Positions 9,281-18,320 of a stretch of DNA of 64,000 bases are shown here, piece after piece. How positions within the stretch are numbered: position 1 is the first letter of the stretch; every line of letters starts with the position of its first letter. The stretch is from positions 2,048,001 to 2,112,000 of the forward strand of contig OZ250172.1 in NCBI GenBank assembly GCA_965237905.1. Direction: 5' to 3'. The stretch comes from Nitrospinaceae bacterium. Its GTDB lineage: Bacteria; Nitrospinota; Nitrospinia; Nitrospinales; Nitrospinaceae. The notes beneath the pieces are model-generated. The model ran no database searches. It was not told where the DNA came from and worked only from the letters and a program-made list of their open reading frames with translations. The position numbers and the translations under genes are program-made.

Positions 9281-9775
9281 ATGATGAACAAGCTTTTAAT
9301 CGTATCGGCAAGTTTTCTGTTTGTTGTGGGGTCCATTTCCATAACTTGGGCTCATGGTCCGAAGGCCAGTAGTAGCTCGGGCTACCGGAGTTCCGGCCAC
9401 TCGAAGCCTCATTTTAGCAAGCCTTCCCACATGCGATCCGGTAGAGGCCATCAGCACCGCGGGTCGGTTTCACCGCAATCGCGTCGATTACCGAGGATTG
9501 AGCACGGAGTCATCCATAGCAAACCGGGTCCCCTGCAGAACAAGCCATTTTACAGTCCGCTGACAAAATCTTACAATCAAGGTTTTGGGGTCAGTCCGCT
9601 AAGAAAAGCGCTGGAAAGAAAAGGAGTACAGCAGGTCCTACGGCATTCTCATTCACCTCATCCATCCTACTTCGATAAAAATCCTGACCCTTGGTTTCTT
9701 TATGGCAAGGGCGACAAGTTCCGGCAGATGGGTCTTATCCCGCCTCGCCGGAAAGATTCTCAAGGATTGAGGTAA
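9281..9775 (+). CDS. Hypothetical secreted, His/Ser/Arg-rich low-complexity protein
   Basis: Signal peptide ending ITWA; GGGGGA RBS. Confidence 0.6.
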   Translation: MMNKLLIVSASFLFVVGSISITWAHGPKASSSSGYRSSGHSKPHFSKPSHMRSGRGHQHRGSVSPQSRRLPRIEHGVIHSKPGPLQNKPFYSPLTKSYNQGFGVSPLRKALERKGVQQVLRHSHSPHPSYFDKNPDPWFLYGKGDKFRQMGLIPPRRKDSQGLR

Positions 9776-9814
9776 TCGGTCCGACCGGTTGACGGCCACC
9801 CGAAAAGGGAAGGC

Positions 9815-10681
9815 ATGGTGATGCTTAAACGCTTACTGTTGGCTGTATTCGTCAGCATAATGGGTATAGGGATTGTGTTTGCGTCGGGATGCAGTCGCAC
9901 GCAGATGGCCTACAACCATTTCGATTGGTTCCTGCTCAAGCGAATCGATCATTTTTTTACTTTAACGTCCTCTCAGGAAACCTACCTTGAACAGAAAATA
10001 ACGGTTCTCCATACCTGGCACCGGCAACAGGAACTTCCCCTGTTGGTGGATGCTCTTCGCGAATTACAAACCCGTTTCCAGGATGGGTTGAGCCGCGAAG
10101 ATATTGATTGGATCGATGACACCCAATCCGGTTTCTGGAGAAGGTTTGTCGAGCACGGTGTGCCCGATTTCGCCCACTTTCTGGCCACGGTCCAGCCGGA
10201 ACAAGTGGCCCACCTTCAGCAATCCATGGCCGAACGTAACGATTTTCTCGTCGAGCAAACCCAAATGACCGACAAAGAGCTGAAAGCAGACATTTTGGAA
10301 TGGCTGTATGGCCTTCTGGAGGACTGGTACGGGGAATTGACTGACGACCAGCGTCGGCAGATCGCGGCGTGGGTTCAGCCCGATGCGGAATGGATTGGCA
10401 TCCGGCTGGAGCACCGTAACGCATTTCAAAAGGATTTTGCGCAATTCTTGAAGAATCAACCTCAGGAGGGAGCTGTTTACCGGTGGCTGATGGAACGGGT
10501 GATCCAGCCCGAAACCCGTTGGGACCCCGATTTCAAACAACGGCTGGACGCAAAATGGGAAGAATGGAAAGATGTCTTTTACCGGGCCGATGCCCTCATG
10601 CAACCGCATCAAAGACAACACGCTCTGGACCGTCTGGGAGATTACCTGGAAGATTTTGAAGATTTAATGCAGGAAGCCTAA
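9815..10681 (+). CDS. DUF6279-like lipoprotein
   Basis: Lipobox ASGC; YNHFDW..L...Q...L......HTWHRQQELP and WYGELTDDQR patterns. Confidence 0.75.
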   Translation: MVMLKRLLLAVFVSIMGIGIVFASGCSRTQMAYNHFDWFLLKRIDHFFTLTSSQETYLEQKITVLHTWHRQQELPLLVDALRELQTRFQDGLSREDIDWIDDTQSGFWRRFVEHGVPDFAHFLATVQPEQVAHLQQSMAERNDFLVEQTQMTDKELKADILEWLYGLLEDWYGELTDDQRRQIAAWVQPDAEWIGIRLEHRNAFQKDFAQFLKNQPQEGAVYRWLMERVIQPETRWDPDFKQRLDAKWEEWKDVFYRADALMQPHQRQHALDRLGDYLEDFEDLMQEA

Positions 10682-11015
10682 AACTTTTCCTAACCCGGCA
10701 TTCGCAAGTGGGTGCCAGGACCAATCCAGCCCTCCAATACCCCCAATTTAACCCCTGTCCTATTAATATCCGAATTACAATAATTCTCAAAAACTGTCAA
10801 AAATCGTCACCTGGCTCCATATTGATTACAATTCTGGGTCATTTCTCCTAAAGATGCGAAATTGAATAATTTGTGGAGCAAATATATGGATTTTCATATA
10901 ACTATTTGTTTCGTTTGACCAAGATTTAGTACAGTTACACTAACTGAAAATTTTTGAATTTTTTTAACAAGCTGTTAACAAAGGGTTTAAGCGAATATCA
11001 AACATTTTGTAAAAA

Positions 11016-11031
11016 TGGCACAAGGATTGCT
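11016..11031 (+). promoter_or_regulatory. Sigma54 (-24/-12) promoter
   Basis: TGGCAC-AAGGA-TTGCT matches TGGCAC-N5-TTGCW exactly, in an AT-rich intergenic region upstream of 11180. Confidence 0.8.
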
Positions 11032-11058
11032 TTATTAATAACATCCATTAAGTAAGAA

Positions 11059-11135
11059 AATTACCGGGGTTTCGAGAGAACCCTTCTTTACTTCCCCCCC
11101 AACTTTTAGAGGGGTTTTCTCGAACCGGTTTAATT
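11059..11135 (+). ncRNA. Long 5'-leader hairpin with C-rich loop (candidate regulatory RNA element)
   Basis: 17-bp stem 11071-11087/11108-11124 with two G.U pairs, a 5-bp extension, and a 20-nt loop TTACTTCCCCCCCAACTTTT. Confidence 0.55.
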
Positions 11136-11179
11136 GCAGCGTACTGTGAAATTAAACGAGCAACCTGAGGAGGTAAAGC

Positions 11180-11398
11180 ATGTTTTACCAAGTTCGCATC
11201 AAAAGACCAGATGGTACTGTGAAGAAAGTAGTTTCCGAACAGAAATTAAACCGTAGGCATTGGGAAAATTTTCAGAAGAGCGAAGAGGAAATCGGATTGG
11301 TAACGGCTTCCAAACAACAGGTTCCGACCTGGGTCAAGCAGAAGCTGGATGTCGAGTATCCGGAAACCTATTCGGATATGTTGAATTATAACGGTTGA
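11180..11398 (+). CDS. Small hypothetical protein (72 aa)
   Basis: Strong RBS GAGGAGGT; lies between a sigma54 promoter and a terminator. Confidence 0.8.
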   Translation: MFYQVRIKRPDGTVKKVVSEQKLNRRHWENFQKSEEEIGLVTASKQQVPTWVKQKLDVEYPETYSDMLNYNG

Positions 11399-11504
11399 TC
11401 GTCGTTAATCTTCTGATGTAGAGAACCTTCTGGTGAGCCCTTCCTTATCCGGGTTGGGCCCGAAACTGGATTAAAAATCGTTCCTTAGATTTTTAATGTA
11501 GAGT

Positions 11505-11530
11505 AATCCCCGGAAACGGGGATTTTTTTT
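11505..11530 (+). terminator. Rho-independent terminator
   Basis: AATCCCCG-GAAA-CGGGGATT followed by a T tract. Confidence 0.9.
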
Positions 11531-11712
11531 GGTTTGAGCGCCCAATGTATTGCCGTTATCCAAACATTTCCCACCGCCCACTTAATTTGTCCTCCCTATT
11601 TTTATTTATTATTTGTTAATATATGGGTCGCCGTGCGCGTTTGACTCTCAGTAGGCGTCCTTTGGTTGCGGCGGAAAGGGCGGCTATCTATCTGAACATA
11701 TAAGAGAACTCA

Positions 11713-12198
11713 ATGAATGACCCGGCAGATACCGAATCCATAAACCATCTTAAAGATCTCGTTGCCAGGAACCCGAAGGACGTACAGGCCCATCTGAAAT
11801 TAGGCAACGCCTTGCTCAAGGAGTTTAACGGCACCGAAGCGCTAGAGGCCTTTCAAAAGGCGGCGCGCCTGCAACCGGACAACGCTGAAGCTTATTTTGG
11901 TCTGGCCAAGACTTTCGATGCCCTCCAGCGGTATGAAGAGATGCTGGACGCCTTCAAGGAAGCCTGCTGGCTCAAACCCGATTGGCCGGAAGCTCATTAC
12001 AATCTGGGATTGGGGTACATGGTGGTGGGTCTGTATGAAGATGCCCTTGAGCCGTTCAAGGAAGCAGTTAAAGTGAAGCCGGATTATGCCGAGGCCCACC
12101 GCGTTCTCAGTCTGGTGTACAAGCTGACCGGTTTCACCGACCAATCGGAATTTCATAAAAAAGAGGCCGGTCGCCTCAATCCTGATTTTGCAGGATAA
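11713..12198 (+). CDS. TPR-repeat protein
   Basis: About four TPR units (AHLKLGNAL, AYFGLAK, AHYNLGLGY, AHRVLS). Confidence 0.9.
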   Translation: MNDPADTESINHLKDLVARNPKDVQAHLKLGNALLKEFNGTEALEAFQKAARLQPDNAEAYFGLAKTFDALQRYEEMLDAFKEACWLKPDWPEAHYNLGLGYMVVGLYEDALEPFKEAVKVKPDYAEAHRVLSLVYKLTGFTDQSEFHKKEAGRLNPDFAG

Positions 12199-12257
12199 AA
12201 GGACCGGCCCTTCCCTTAAGAAGGAATGTTCTCCCCCACCCGTTTCAACAAATTGAA

Positions 12258-12923
12258 TTAAGAAGGGGATATCAATCCCAGCGGCCAGCGCTCCGGAGTA
12301 ACCCATCGGTTGGCCGATAATCTGTTGTTAGATTCGTTGAATTCCAAATCGAACGAAGGCACTTTCTGAAAGGCCTCTTCGGCTAGTTTGAGGTTGGCAG
12401 AGATTTTTTCGGGGCCGAAGCGTTGTCCCTGTCTCAACTCATCCCGAATCGCCTGAAGCAGATGGTGTAGATTGATATGGCCCATCAAACGCGCGCCCAC
12501 GGCCGCGAGCGCCGTGCTGAGAATCATCGGTTTCTGGATGTACTCCTGGCACAGCTCGGAAATATTCAACTGAACCGGAAGCGATTTCAATCGAAAATGT
12601 TTCTTGAGATCGTGCGACGTGTGTCGGGAATTGATGAAGATAAGGGTGGAAGCATCGGTGTCCTGAGTAACGGTAGCTAGGGGGTCGGACAACAATGTTT
12701 CATCGCCAAGCAGAAGGATATCCGGATGGGCGATAGGACCCTGCTCCAATAATATATTTTTGCTGAACCGTGCATACGCGACGATTGGGGCTCCCCGTCG
12801 CTCCGCACCGTATAAAGGAAAATCCCGGGCCTGATAGCCGGCCAAGTGTGCCGCCGTACCCAGAATCTGGTTGGCGGTTTTAATCCCCTGCCCCCCGCGA
12901 CCATGAAGTCGTACCCGAAGCAT
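12258..12923 (-). CDS. 2-oxoacid:acceptor oxidoreductase gamma subunit (stand-alone)
   Basis: RLHGRGGQG and FPLYGAERRGAPI motifs; AGGAGG RBS. Confidence 0.85.
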   Translation of the reverse strand: MLRVRLHGRGGQGIKTANQILGTAAHLAGYQARDFPLYGAERRGAPIVAYARFSKNILLEQGPIAHPDILLLGDETLLSDPLATVTQDTDASTLIFINSRHTSHDLKKHFRLKSLPVQLNISELCQEYIQKPMILSTALAAVGARLMGHINLHHLLQAIRDELRQGQRFGPEKISANLKLAEEAFQKVPSFDLEFNESNNRLSANRWVTPERWPLGLISPS

Positions 12924-13487
12924 ATGAGCCTCCTTTCCGTTTGCTTTCAGCTCTTGAATCAGGTTGTTTATTTCTTCAGTTCGAAGAGTGAAGCTTTTAA
13001 AGTCAATTAGTTAATGGCAAAGTTTTCGAGCAATTGTCTGTATCTAATATGAAACCTTGGAAGAGATTTTGCCAATAAATTCGGATATGGGAAGAAAACT
13101 AATTTTGGAAATAAAAAAGGGAAAATCAGGATTGTGGAAAGTGGCTCATATATAAATTAGCCAATTTCAGACCTTTTGGTTCGGGAATTTTTTGCTTCAA
13201 ACCCGGTCCCCCAAGCTCTTTATTAATCCGAGCAACTCAATATTTTTTAAGTAATTAAACAAGTTGACTCCTCAGTAATATGCGTTAAAATTTTTTATAC
13301 CTGTTTGTATAAAAAAGGTAGTATGCAGGGAAATTGCGTTGAGATTTCATCGTTTATATACCTAATTTGGGGTATACTAGCCATCTCTATCTTCCTACGG
13401 TGAAATCAACGGACTTTTCTTTGGCCTCATTTTGTATTTAATAAGGGGCCGCATGACCCACTCAATTTTTGATTTTGGATCAATTTA

Positions 13488-14966
13488 ATGGCCAACGCTC
13501 CATCCAAAGGGATTGCCCAAACGCTTCAGGATGTTCTGAACAACCTTCAAACACAGTTGAAGGAGAAGACCAAGGCGTTGGACGCGGCGAATAAGAAAAT
13601 TGCGTCTCTGTCCGGTGGCCAGGGAGGGGACTTTACCGTTGAATTGGACGCGGAGAAAGAAAAGCGAGCCGAGGCCGAAAAACTGTTCAAGGAAGCTAAA
13701 GCTGAGATTTCCAAACTCAAAAAACAAATGAGCGAGGGTTCCTCAAACGGCCAGGGGGCTTCTTCAGCCGAGTTGACTCAGGAAATTGAAAAGCGGGCCC
13801 GAGTAGAAAAAGACCTGGCAGGGCGGACCGCTGAGTTGCTCGAGGTCAACAAAAAGCTGCTTGCCGAAACCCAGGCCCGCACGAAAGTGGAGGCAGAACT
13901 TAGAGGCAATGCCAGCGGCGGGGGCGGCATACCCGAGGCCGAACATCAAAAAGAAATCGCCCGGCGTGAAAAGGCGGAGGCGGCTCTCCAAGAGACTCAG
14001 TCGAAATTGGAAGAGACTTTAGGCAATCAGGTTCAAGGTTCCGTCGAGACTGAGGCGTTGGAACAGGAAATGACGACTCTTCTCCAATCCCAGGAAGCAC
14101 TTAAGCAGGAAAAAGCGAATCTGGAAGCTCAATTGAGTGAGGCACAGTCTCAACTGACAGCGGCACAAAATCAGCACGGTCAAGTCGGTGCTGAAACCAA
14201 GGCTCTTCAAAATGAACTGGACGAAGCCAAAAAGACCCGTGACCAATTGCAGGAAGCAAAAGTCCATCTGGCAGAAGACAAGACTCTTCTTGAAGGCAAG
14301 GTCAGGGAACTGCAATCCCAACTGGCGGAGGCCAAAAAAACAACCGAGGATCCTGCCGCCATGAGAGCCGTTAAGGCAGAGTTGAACGAGATCCGCAAGT
14401 CCAAGCAAGCTTTAAAGGCCGATAAAGCCAGACTCGAAGCGCAGGTGAAAGATTTGGAAACGAAATTACTATCTGTGCCGAAAGCGTCTGCGGCGTCTAC
14501 GGCAAGTCCGGCGCCATCATCGCCGGCGTTCGCATCACCGCGGCCCACCGCATCCACCCCGCCACCCCGACCCAGGGTGATTACTGCCGAGGATAAAGAG
14601 ATTGAACGGTTGCGGCAGGTCATCGCCAAAAATCCGAAGGATGTTAAAAGCATGCTCAAGATGGCGAAAGTGGCGTTCAAAGCCAGTCGTCATCAGGATG
14701 CCATTGAACCTTTAACAAAAGCGGTCAAGCTCCAGCCGAGAGACGCGGAACTCTATTTCATGCTGGGGGAAGCGCATTACAAGGCCCAGCATTATCATGA
14801 TGCCCTGACTCCCTTCAACCAGGCCATCCGGGTCAATCCCAAAATGGCCAAGGCGCATTACAATTTGTGTCTGATTAATGAACTGGTGGGCAATGAAGAT
14901 GCGGCACAGAAACACTATCAACTGGCCATCAAAATCGATCCGCAAATTGAGCAAAAAATGAGTTGA
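13488..14966 (+). CDS. Long coiled-coil protein with Pro/Ala linker and C-terminal TPRs
   Basis: About 320 aa of E/K/Q/L heptads, then a SPAPSSPAFASP linker and three to four TPR units. Confidence 0.85.
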   Translation: MANAPSKGIAQTLQDVLNNLQTQLKEKTKALDAANKKIASLSGGQGGDFTVELDAEKEKRAEAEKLFKEAKAEISKLKKQMSEGSSNGQGASSAELTQEIEKRARVEKDLAGRTAELLEVNKKLLAETQARTKVEAELRGNASGGGGIPEAEHQKEIARREKAEAALQETQSKLEETLGNQVQGSVETEALEQEMTTLLQSQEALKQEKANLEAQLSEAQSQLTAAQNQHGQVGAETKALQNELDEAKKTRDQLQEAKVHLAEDKTLLEGKVRELQSQLAEAKKTTEDPAAMRAVKAELNEIRKSKQALKADKARLEAQVKDLETKLLSVPKASAASTASPAPSSPAFASPRPTASTPPPRPRVITAEDKEIERLRQVIAKNPKDVKSMLKMAKVAFKASRHQDAIEPLTKAVKLQPRDAELYFMLGEAHYKAQHYHDALTPFNQAIRVNPKMAKAHYNLCLINELVGNEDAAQKHYQLAIKIDPQIEQKMS

Positions 14967-15009
14967 TCTACCGGCAACCCTCCCATCGTTTTTCGTTTCC
15001 AACCGTTAA

Positions 15010-16110
15010 TCAATATTCCTCTATTTCGTGCACCATTTTTACCGCCTTCACGGTGGCATAGACTTGCATGCCGGGTTTCAATTGCAAGTGGGCCAGTGAT
15101 TTGCGGGTGATGGTGGCGAGAATGGGCTCCCCGACGTCCAGTTTAAGATTCACCGAACTTCCCTTCGGATCCGTCGGGCCGATTTCCAGGACAGTGGCGG
15201 GGAGACTATTCAACACACTGGTCGGGGTTTCGGGTTTTCCCAGCGCGATGCTGATATCCTGCGCCAGCAAATGCACACGCAAAGGACTGCCCACCTCAAG
15301 GGATTGCTCGGGGATGTAAAGCGACTGGTCCCGGTACTGCACGCGTGTAAGACCAAACTCGGTTTCATGGTCGGCGACGGTGGTGGTTAAAACGGATCCC
15401 ACGGTTGAGGGTCCGGTTTTTCCCGCCAGATCGAGACGCGACAAGACTTCGTTGGCCGGACCCGTCGCGACACTTTTCCCGTCTTGAAGCAAAATCAACG
15501 TGTCGACCAGTTGCAGTACTTCGCCCAGGGAATGGGTCACGTAAACGATCGGCAGTTTCATTTCCTGGCGCAGGCGGATCAAGAAAGGCAGAATGTCCTG
15601 CTTGCGTTGTGCATCGAGGTTAGCCAGCGGTTCATCCATCAACAGCAACCGCGGGCTGGTCAACAAGGCCCGTCCGATCGCCACGCGTTGCTGTTCGCCT
15701 CCGGAAAGTTTCTGCGGCCGCCGATCCAGCAGAGGGTGTAGGTCCATCAAATCGGTCACCTGCTCGAATGTGATTTGTCTCTGTTCGGGAGCGATCCGAC
15801 GGTATCCGTAACTCAGGTTGTCCCGCACGGTTAAATGAGGAAACAATCGGGCTTCCTGAAAGACCATTCCGATGGGTCGGCGGTGAACGGGAACGAATGT
15901 GTTGTGCGATTCGTCCTGCCACACGTGGTCACCAAATCTCATGTCCCCGGTGGGCGACCGTTCCAAACCGGCCAGACAACGCAGAAGGGTGGTTTTTCCG
16001 GAACCGGATCGTCCGAAGATGACCGTTACCCCTTCATCCGGAAACTCCAGTTCGGTGTCCAGGCGAAATTGTTTGTATTGAACCCGGAACCGGGAGAGGA
16101 TCGTACTCAT
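15010..16110 (-). CDS. modC: Molybdate ABC transporter ATP-binding subunit
   Basis: GRSGSGKT, LSGGEQQR, LLMDEP and a C-terminal TOBE domain; ATG at 16110 overlaps the modB stop (ATGA). Confidence 0.95.
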   Translation of the reverse strand: MSTILSRFRVQYKQFRLDTELEFPDEGVTVIFGRSGSGKTTLLRCLAGLERSPTGDMRFGDHVWQDESHNTFVPVHRRPIGMVFQEARLFPHLTVRDNLSYGYRRIAPEQRQITFEQVTDLMDLHPLLDRRPQKLSGGEQQRVAIGRALLTSPRLLLMDEPLANLDAQRKQDILPFLIRLRQEMKLPIVYVTHSLGEVLQLVDTLILLQDGKSVATGPANEVLSRLDLAGKTGPSTVGSVLTTTVADHETEFGLTRVQYRDQSLYIPEQSLEVGSPLRVHLLAQDISIALGKPETPTSVLNSLPATVLEIGPTDPKGSSVNLKLDVGEPILATITRKSLAHLQLKPGMQVYATVKAVKMVHEIEEY

Positions 16111-16790
16111 GAGACGTGTACCGGCAGACGGCGGTTGAACGCATAAACAATCAACAACACCGCAAAAGAAAACAGCAAGAGGCCGCCCGAGAGTAGATGC
16201 GCTTGCGAGTATTCGAGAGCTTCGACGTGGTCGTAAATGGCGATGGACATCACTTTGGTTTTGCCGGGAATGTTGCCGCCCACCATCAACACCACTCCAA
16301 ACTCTCCCAGCGTATGGGCAAAGCCCAGGACGATTGCCGTGAGATACCCCCGCATTGCCATGGGAGAGGCGACACTGAGAAAGGCATCCCACTTCGACGC
16401 GCGTAATGACCAGGCCGCTTCCAGGTAAGTTTTACCGGACGCTTCAAAGGCTCCCTGCAACGGTTGTACGACAAACGGAAACGAATAGAGCGTGGAAGCG
16501 ATCACCAGACCGGCAAAGGAAAACGCGAGGGAAGAACCGGTAATGGACTGAAGCGGTCCGCCGATCACGCCGTTGGCGCCAAGAGCGATCAGCAGATAAA
16601 ACCCAAGCACCGTCGGCGGTAAGACGAGAGGCAGAGCGACCACCGCCTCCACCCAGACCCGTGCGCGCGAGGGCGTGTGCGCCAGCCACCAGGCGACAGG
16701 TGTTCCGATCAACAGCAAAACGCTGACCGTCGTGGCCGCCAGCTTCAGCGTAATCCAGATCGGTTGCCAGTCCATTGTGGAAGGGTCCAT
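16107..16790 (-). CDS. modB: Molybdate ABC transporter permease
   Basis: LPLVLPPTVLGFYLL and FAHTLGEFGVVLMVGGNIPG motifs. Confidence 0.96.
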   Translation of the reverse strand: MDPSTMDWQPIWITLKLAATTVSVLLLIGTPVAWWLAHTPSRARVWVEAVVALPLVLPPTVLGFYLLIALGANGVIGGPLQSITGSSLAFSFAGLVIASTLYSFPFVVQPLQGAFEASGKTYLEAAWSLRASKWDAFLSVASPMAMRGYLTAIVLGFAHTLGEFGVVLMVGGNIPGKTKVMSIAIYDHVEALEYSQAHLLSGGLLLFSFAVLLIVYAFNRRLPVHVS

Positions 16791-16806
16791 CGCACAGTTC
16801 CTTAAT

Positions 16807-17580
16807 TTATTTCAGGCCGTAGCCATAGGATTGAATCATTTTCCGTGCCGTGTCCGATTTTAAAAATTGCAGGAGTGCCCTCGCCGCCGGCTGTGATTGA
16901 CCCCGGGTTAAAAGCACCGCGTCCTGATCGATGGCATCGTAAAGGTGTTCCGGAACGATCCACCGGCTTCCCTGAATCTTCAAACGTGGATCCATAATCT
17001 GGGACAAAGCGACAAACCCGACCTCCGCGTTACCGGTGGCAACAAATTGAAACGTTTGGCCGATGTTTTCACCTTGAACCAGGGTGGGCGATACCGATTC
17101 CCACAGGTTCAATCGTATGAGCGCCGTGTAGGCGGCTTTTCCGTAAGGCGCGGTTTTGGGATTGGCCAGGGCCAGGTGTTTAAAATTTCGGCGATGTAAA
17201 ATGCTTTTGCCGTCAACGGCGATTCGCCTCGGATCGGCGCTCCATAAAACAATTTTACCCTGGGCATACGTAAATCGCGTTGCGGCTACTGCCTGTCCGT
17301 TTTTTTCCAAAAGCCGGGGACGTTCACTGTCCGCCGCGAGAAAAACTTCGAACGGTGCGCCGTGTATGATTTGGGCGTACAGTTTCCCCGTTGATCCAGA
17401 TACCGTGCGCACGGTATGCCCGCTCTGCTCTTGAAATACCGGGACCAACTGTTTGAATGGGTTCAGAAAATTGGAAGCCACCGCCACCGTCACCTCCCCG
17501 GCAAATACGGAAGGTCCGCAAAAGATCATGAATGCGAAGGTCGAGCCCATCATCCATCGTTTAAAAATTAAAACCGTCAT
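16807..17580 (-). CDS. modA: Molybdate ABC transporter substrate-binding protein
   Basis: VAVASNF, SGSTGKLYAQI..GAPF, ANPKTAPYG, GENIGQ; signal peptide; AGGA RBS. Confidence 0.95.
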   Translation of the reverse strand: MTVLIFKRWMMGSTFAFMIFCGPSVFAGEVTVAVASNFLNPFKQLVPVFQEQSGHTVRTVSGSTGKLYAQIIHGAPFEVFLAADSERPRLLEKNGQAVAATRFTYAQGKIVLWSADPRRIAVDGKSILHRRNFKHLALANPKTAPYGKAAYTALIRLNLWESVSPTLVQGENIGQTFQFVATGNAEVGFVALSQIMDPRLKIQGSRWIVPEHLYDAIDQDAVLLTRGQSQPAARALLQFLKSDTARKMIQSYGYGLK

Positions 17581-17624
17581 GTTTCCTGTTCCGGAACAAG
17601 GTTCGAGTGGGAGGTGCCGTATGC

Positions 17625-17652
17625 ATCGATATATACCACAAAGCATATCGAT
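17625..17652. promoter_or_regulatory. ModE-type operator upstream of modA
   Basis: ATCGATATAT-N8-GCATATCGAT matches the ModE dyad CGNTATAT-N8-(A/G)CATANCG, about 45 nt before the modA start. Confidence 0.75.
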
Positions 17653-17755
17653 AGGTCAAACCTAAAAATGAAGGTCTGAAGGGAAATATACCTTTAAGCA
17701 GGCGATTCCATAGCTTGGTCCGGGCGTTCGATGAGTTCCGATTTGGGAAAATTCG

Positions 17756-18028
17756 TTGCAAAGGGATTGGGGGGAAGCTACCCTGTTAATCATGGAGAAA
17801 AACTTCGAACCCTTAAAAGACCGGTTACGAATCATCTGCGACCGGTTGGACCCGGAGGAGCAGGTGTCTTTCCGTCCCTTGATCGACAACTTTACCGGAG
17901 CAACCTCGGAATTTCAGAGGATCATGCGCGATCTCGGAAAATACGGTGGGAAAATCGGCGAGGGTTCCACATTCGGCATTTACCGGGAAGTGCAAAACCT
18001 CTTCGATCAGGCCAACCGCGGGGAGTAG
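17756..18028 (+). CDS. Hypothetical small helical protein (start may be ATG 17790)
   Basis: ORF leads into acyP after a 6-nt gap; protein-like composition. Confidence 0.6.
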   Translation: MQRDWGEATLLIMEKNFEPLKDRLRIICDRLDPEEQVSFRPLIDNFTGATSEFQRIMRDLGKYGGKIGEGSTFGIYREVQNLFDQANRGE

Positions 18029-18034
18029 TCGTCC

Positions 18035-18310
18035 ATGAGTGATGCCGCGGCAGTTCATATGTTCGTTCACGGTCGCGTGCAGGGTGTGTTTTACCGGGCC
18101 AGCACGCAAAAAATGGCGGAAGGTCTGGGGTTGACCGGCTGGGTGAAAAATTGCCGCGACGGATCGGTGGAAATACGTGCCGAAGGCAACAAGGAAAAAT
18201 TGGAAGAGTTGGTTGCATGGTGCCGGCAGGGTCCTCCCTCGGCGGCGGTTTCCAATATGGATCTGAGCTGGATCGAGGCCGAAGGCCTGAGCTCTTTTGA
18301 TATTCGATAG
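18035..18310 (+). CDS. acyP: Acylphosphatase
   Basis: GRVQGVFYR, GWVKN..DGSVE, GPP.A.V. Confidence 0.96.
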   Translation: MSDAAAVHMFVHGRVQGVFYRASTQKMAEGLGLTGWVKNCRDGSVEIRAEGNKEKLEELVAWCRQGPPSAAVSNMDLSWIEAEGLSSFDIR

Positions 18311-18320
18311 AAAGGGAGTC

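Noticed and set aside
16111..16392. N-terminal extension of modC in the ORF track
   Set aside because: It overlaps modB out of frame; ATG 16110 with an ATGA overlap is the natural start.
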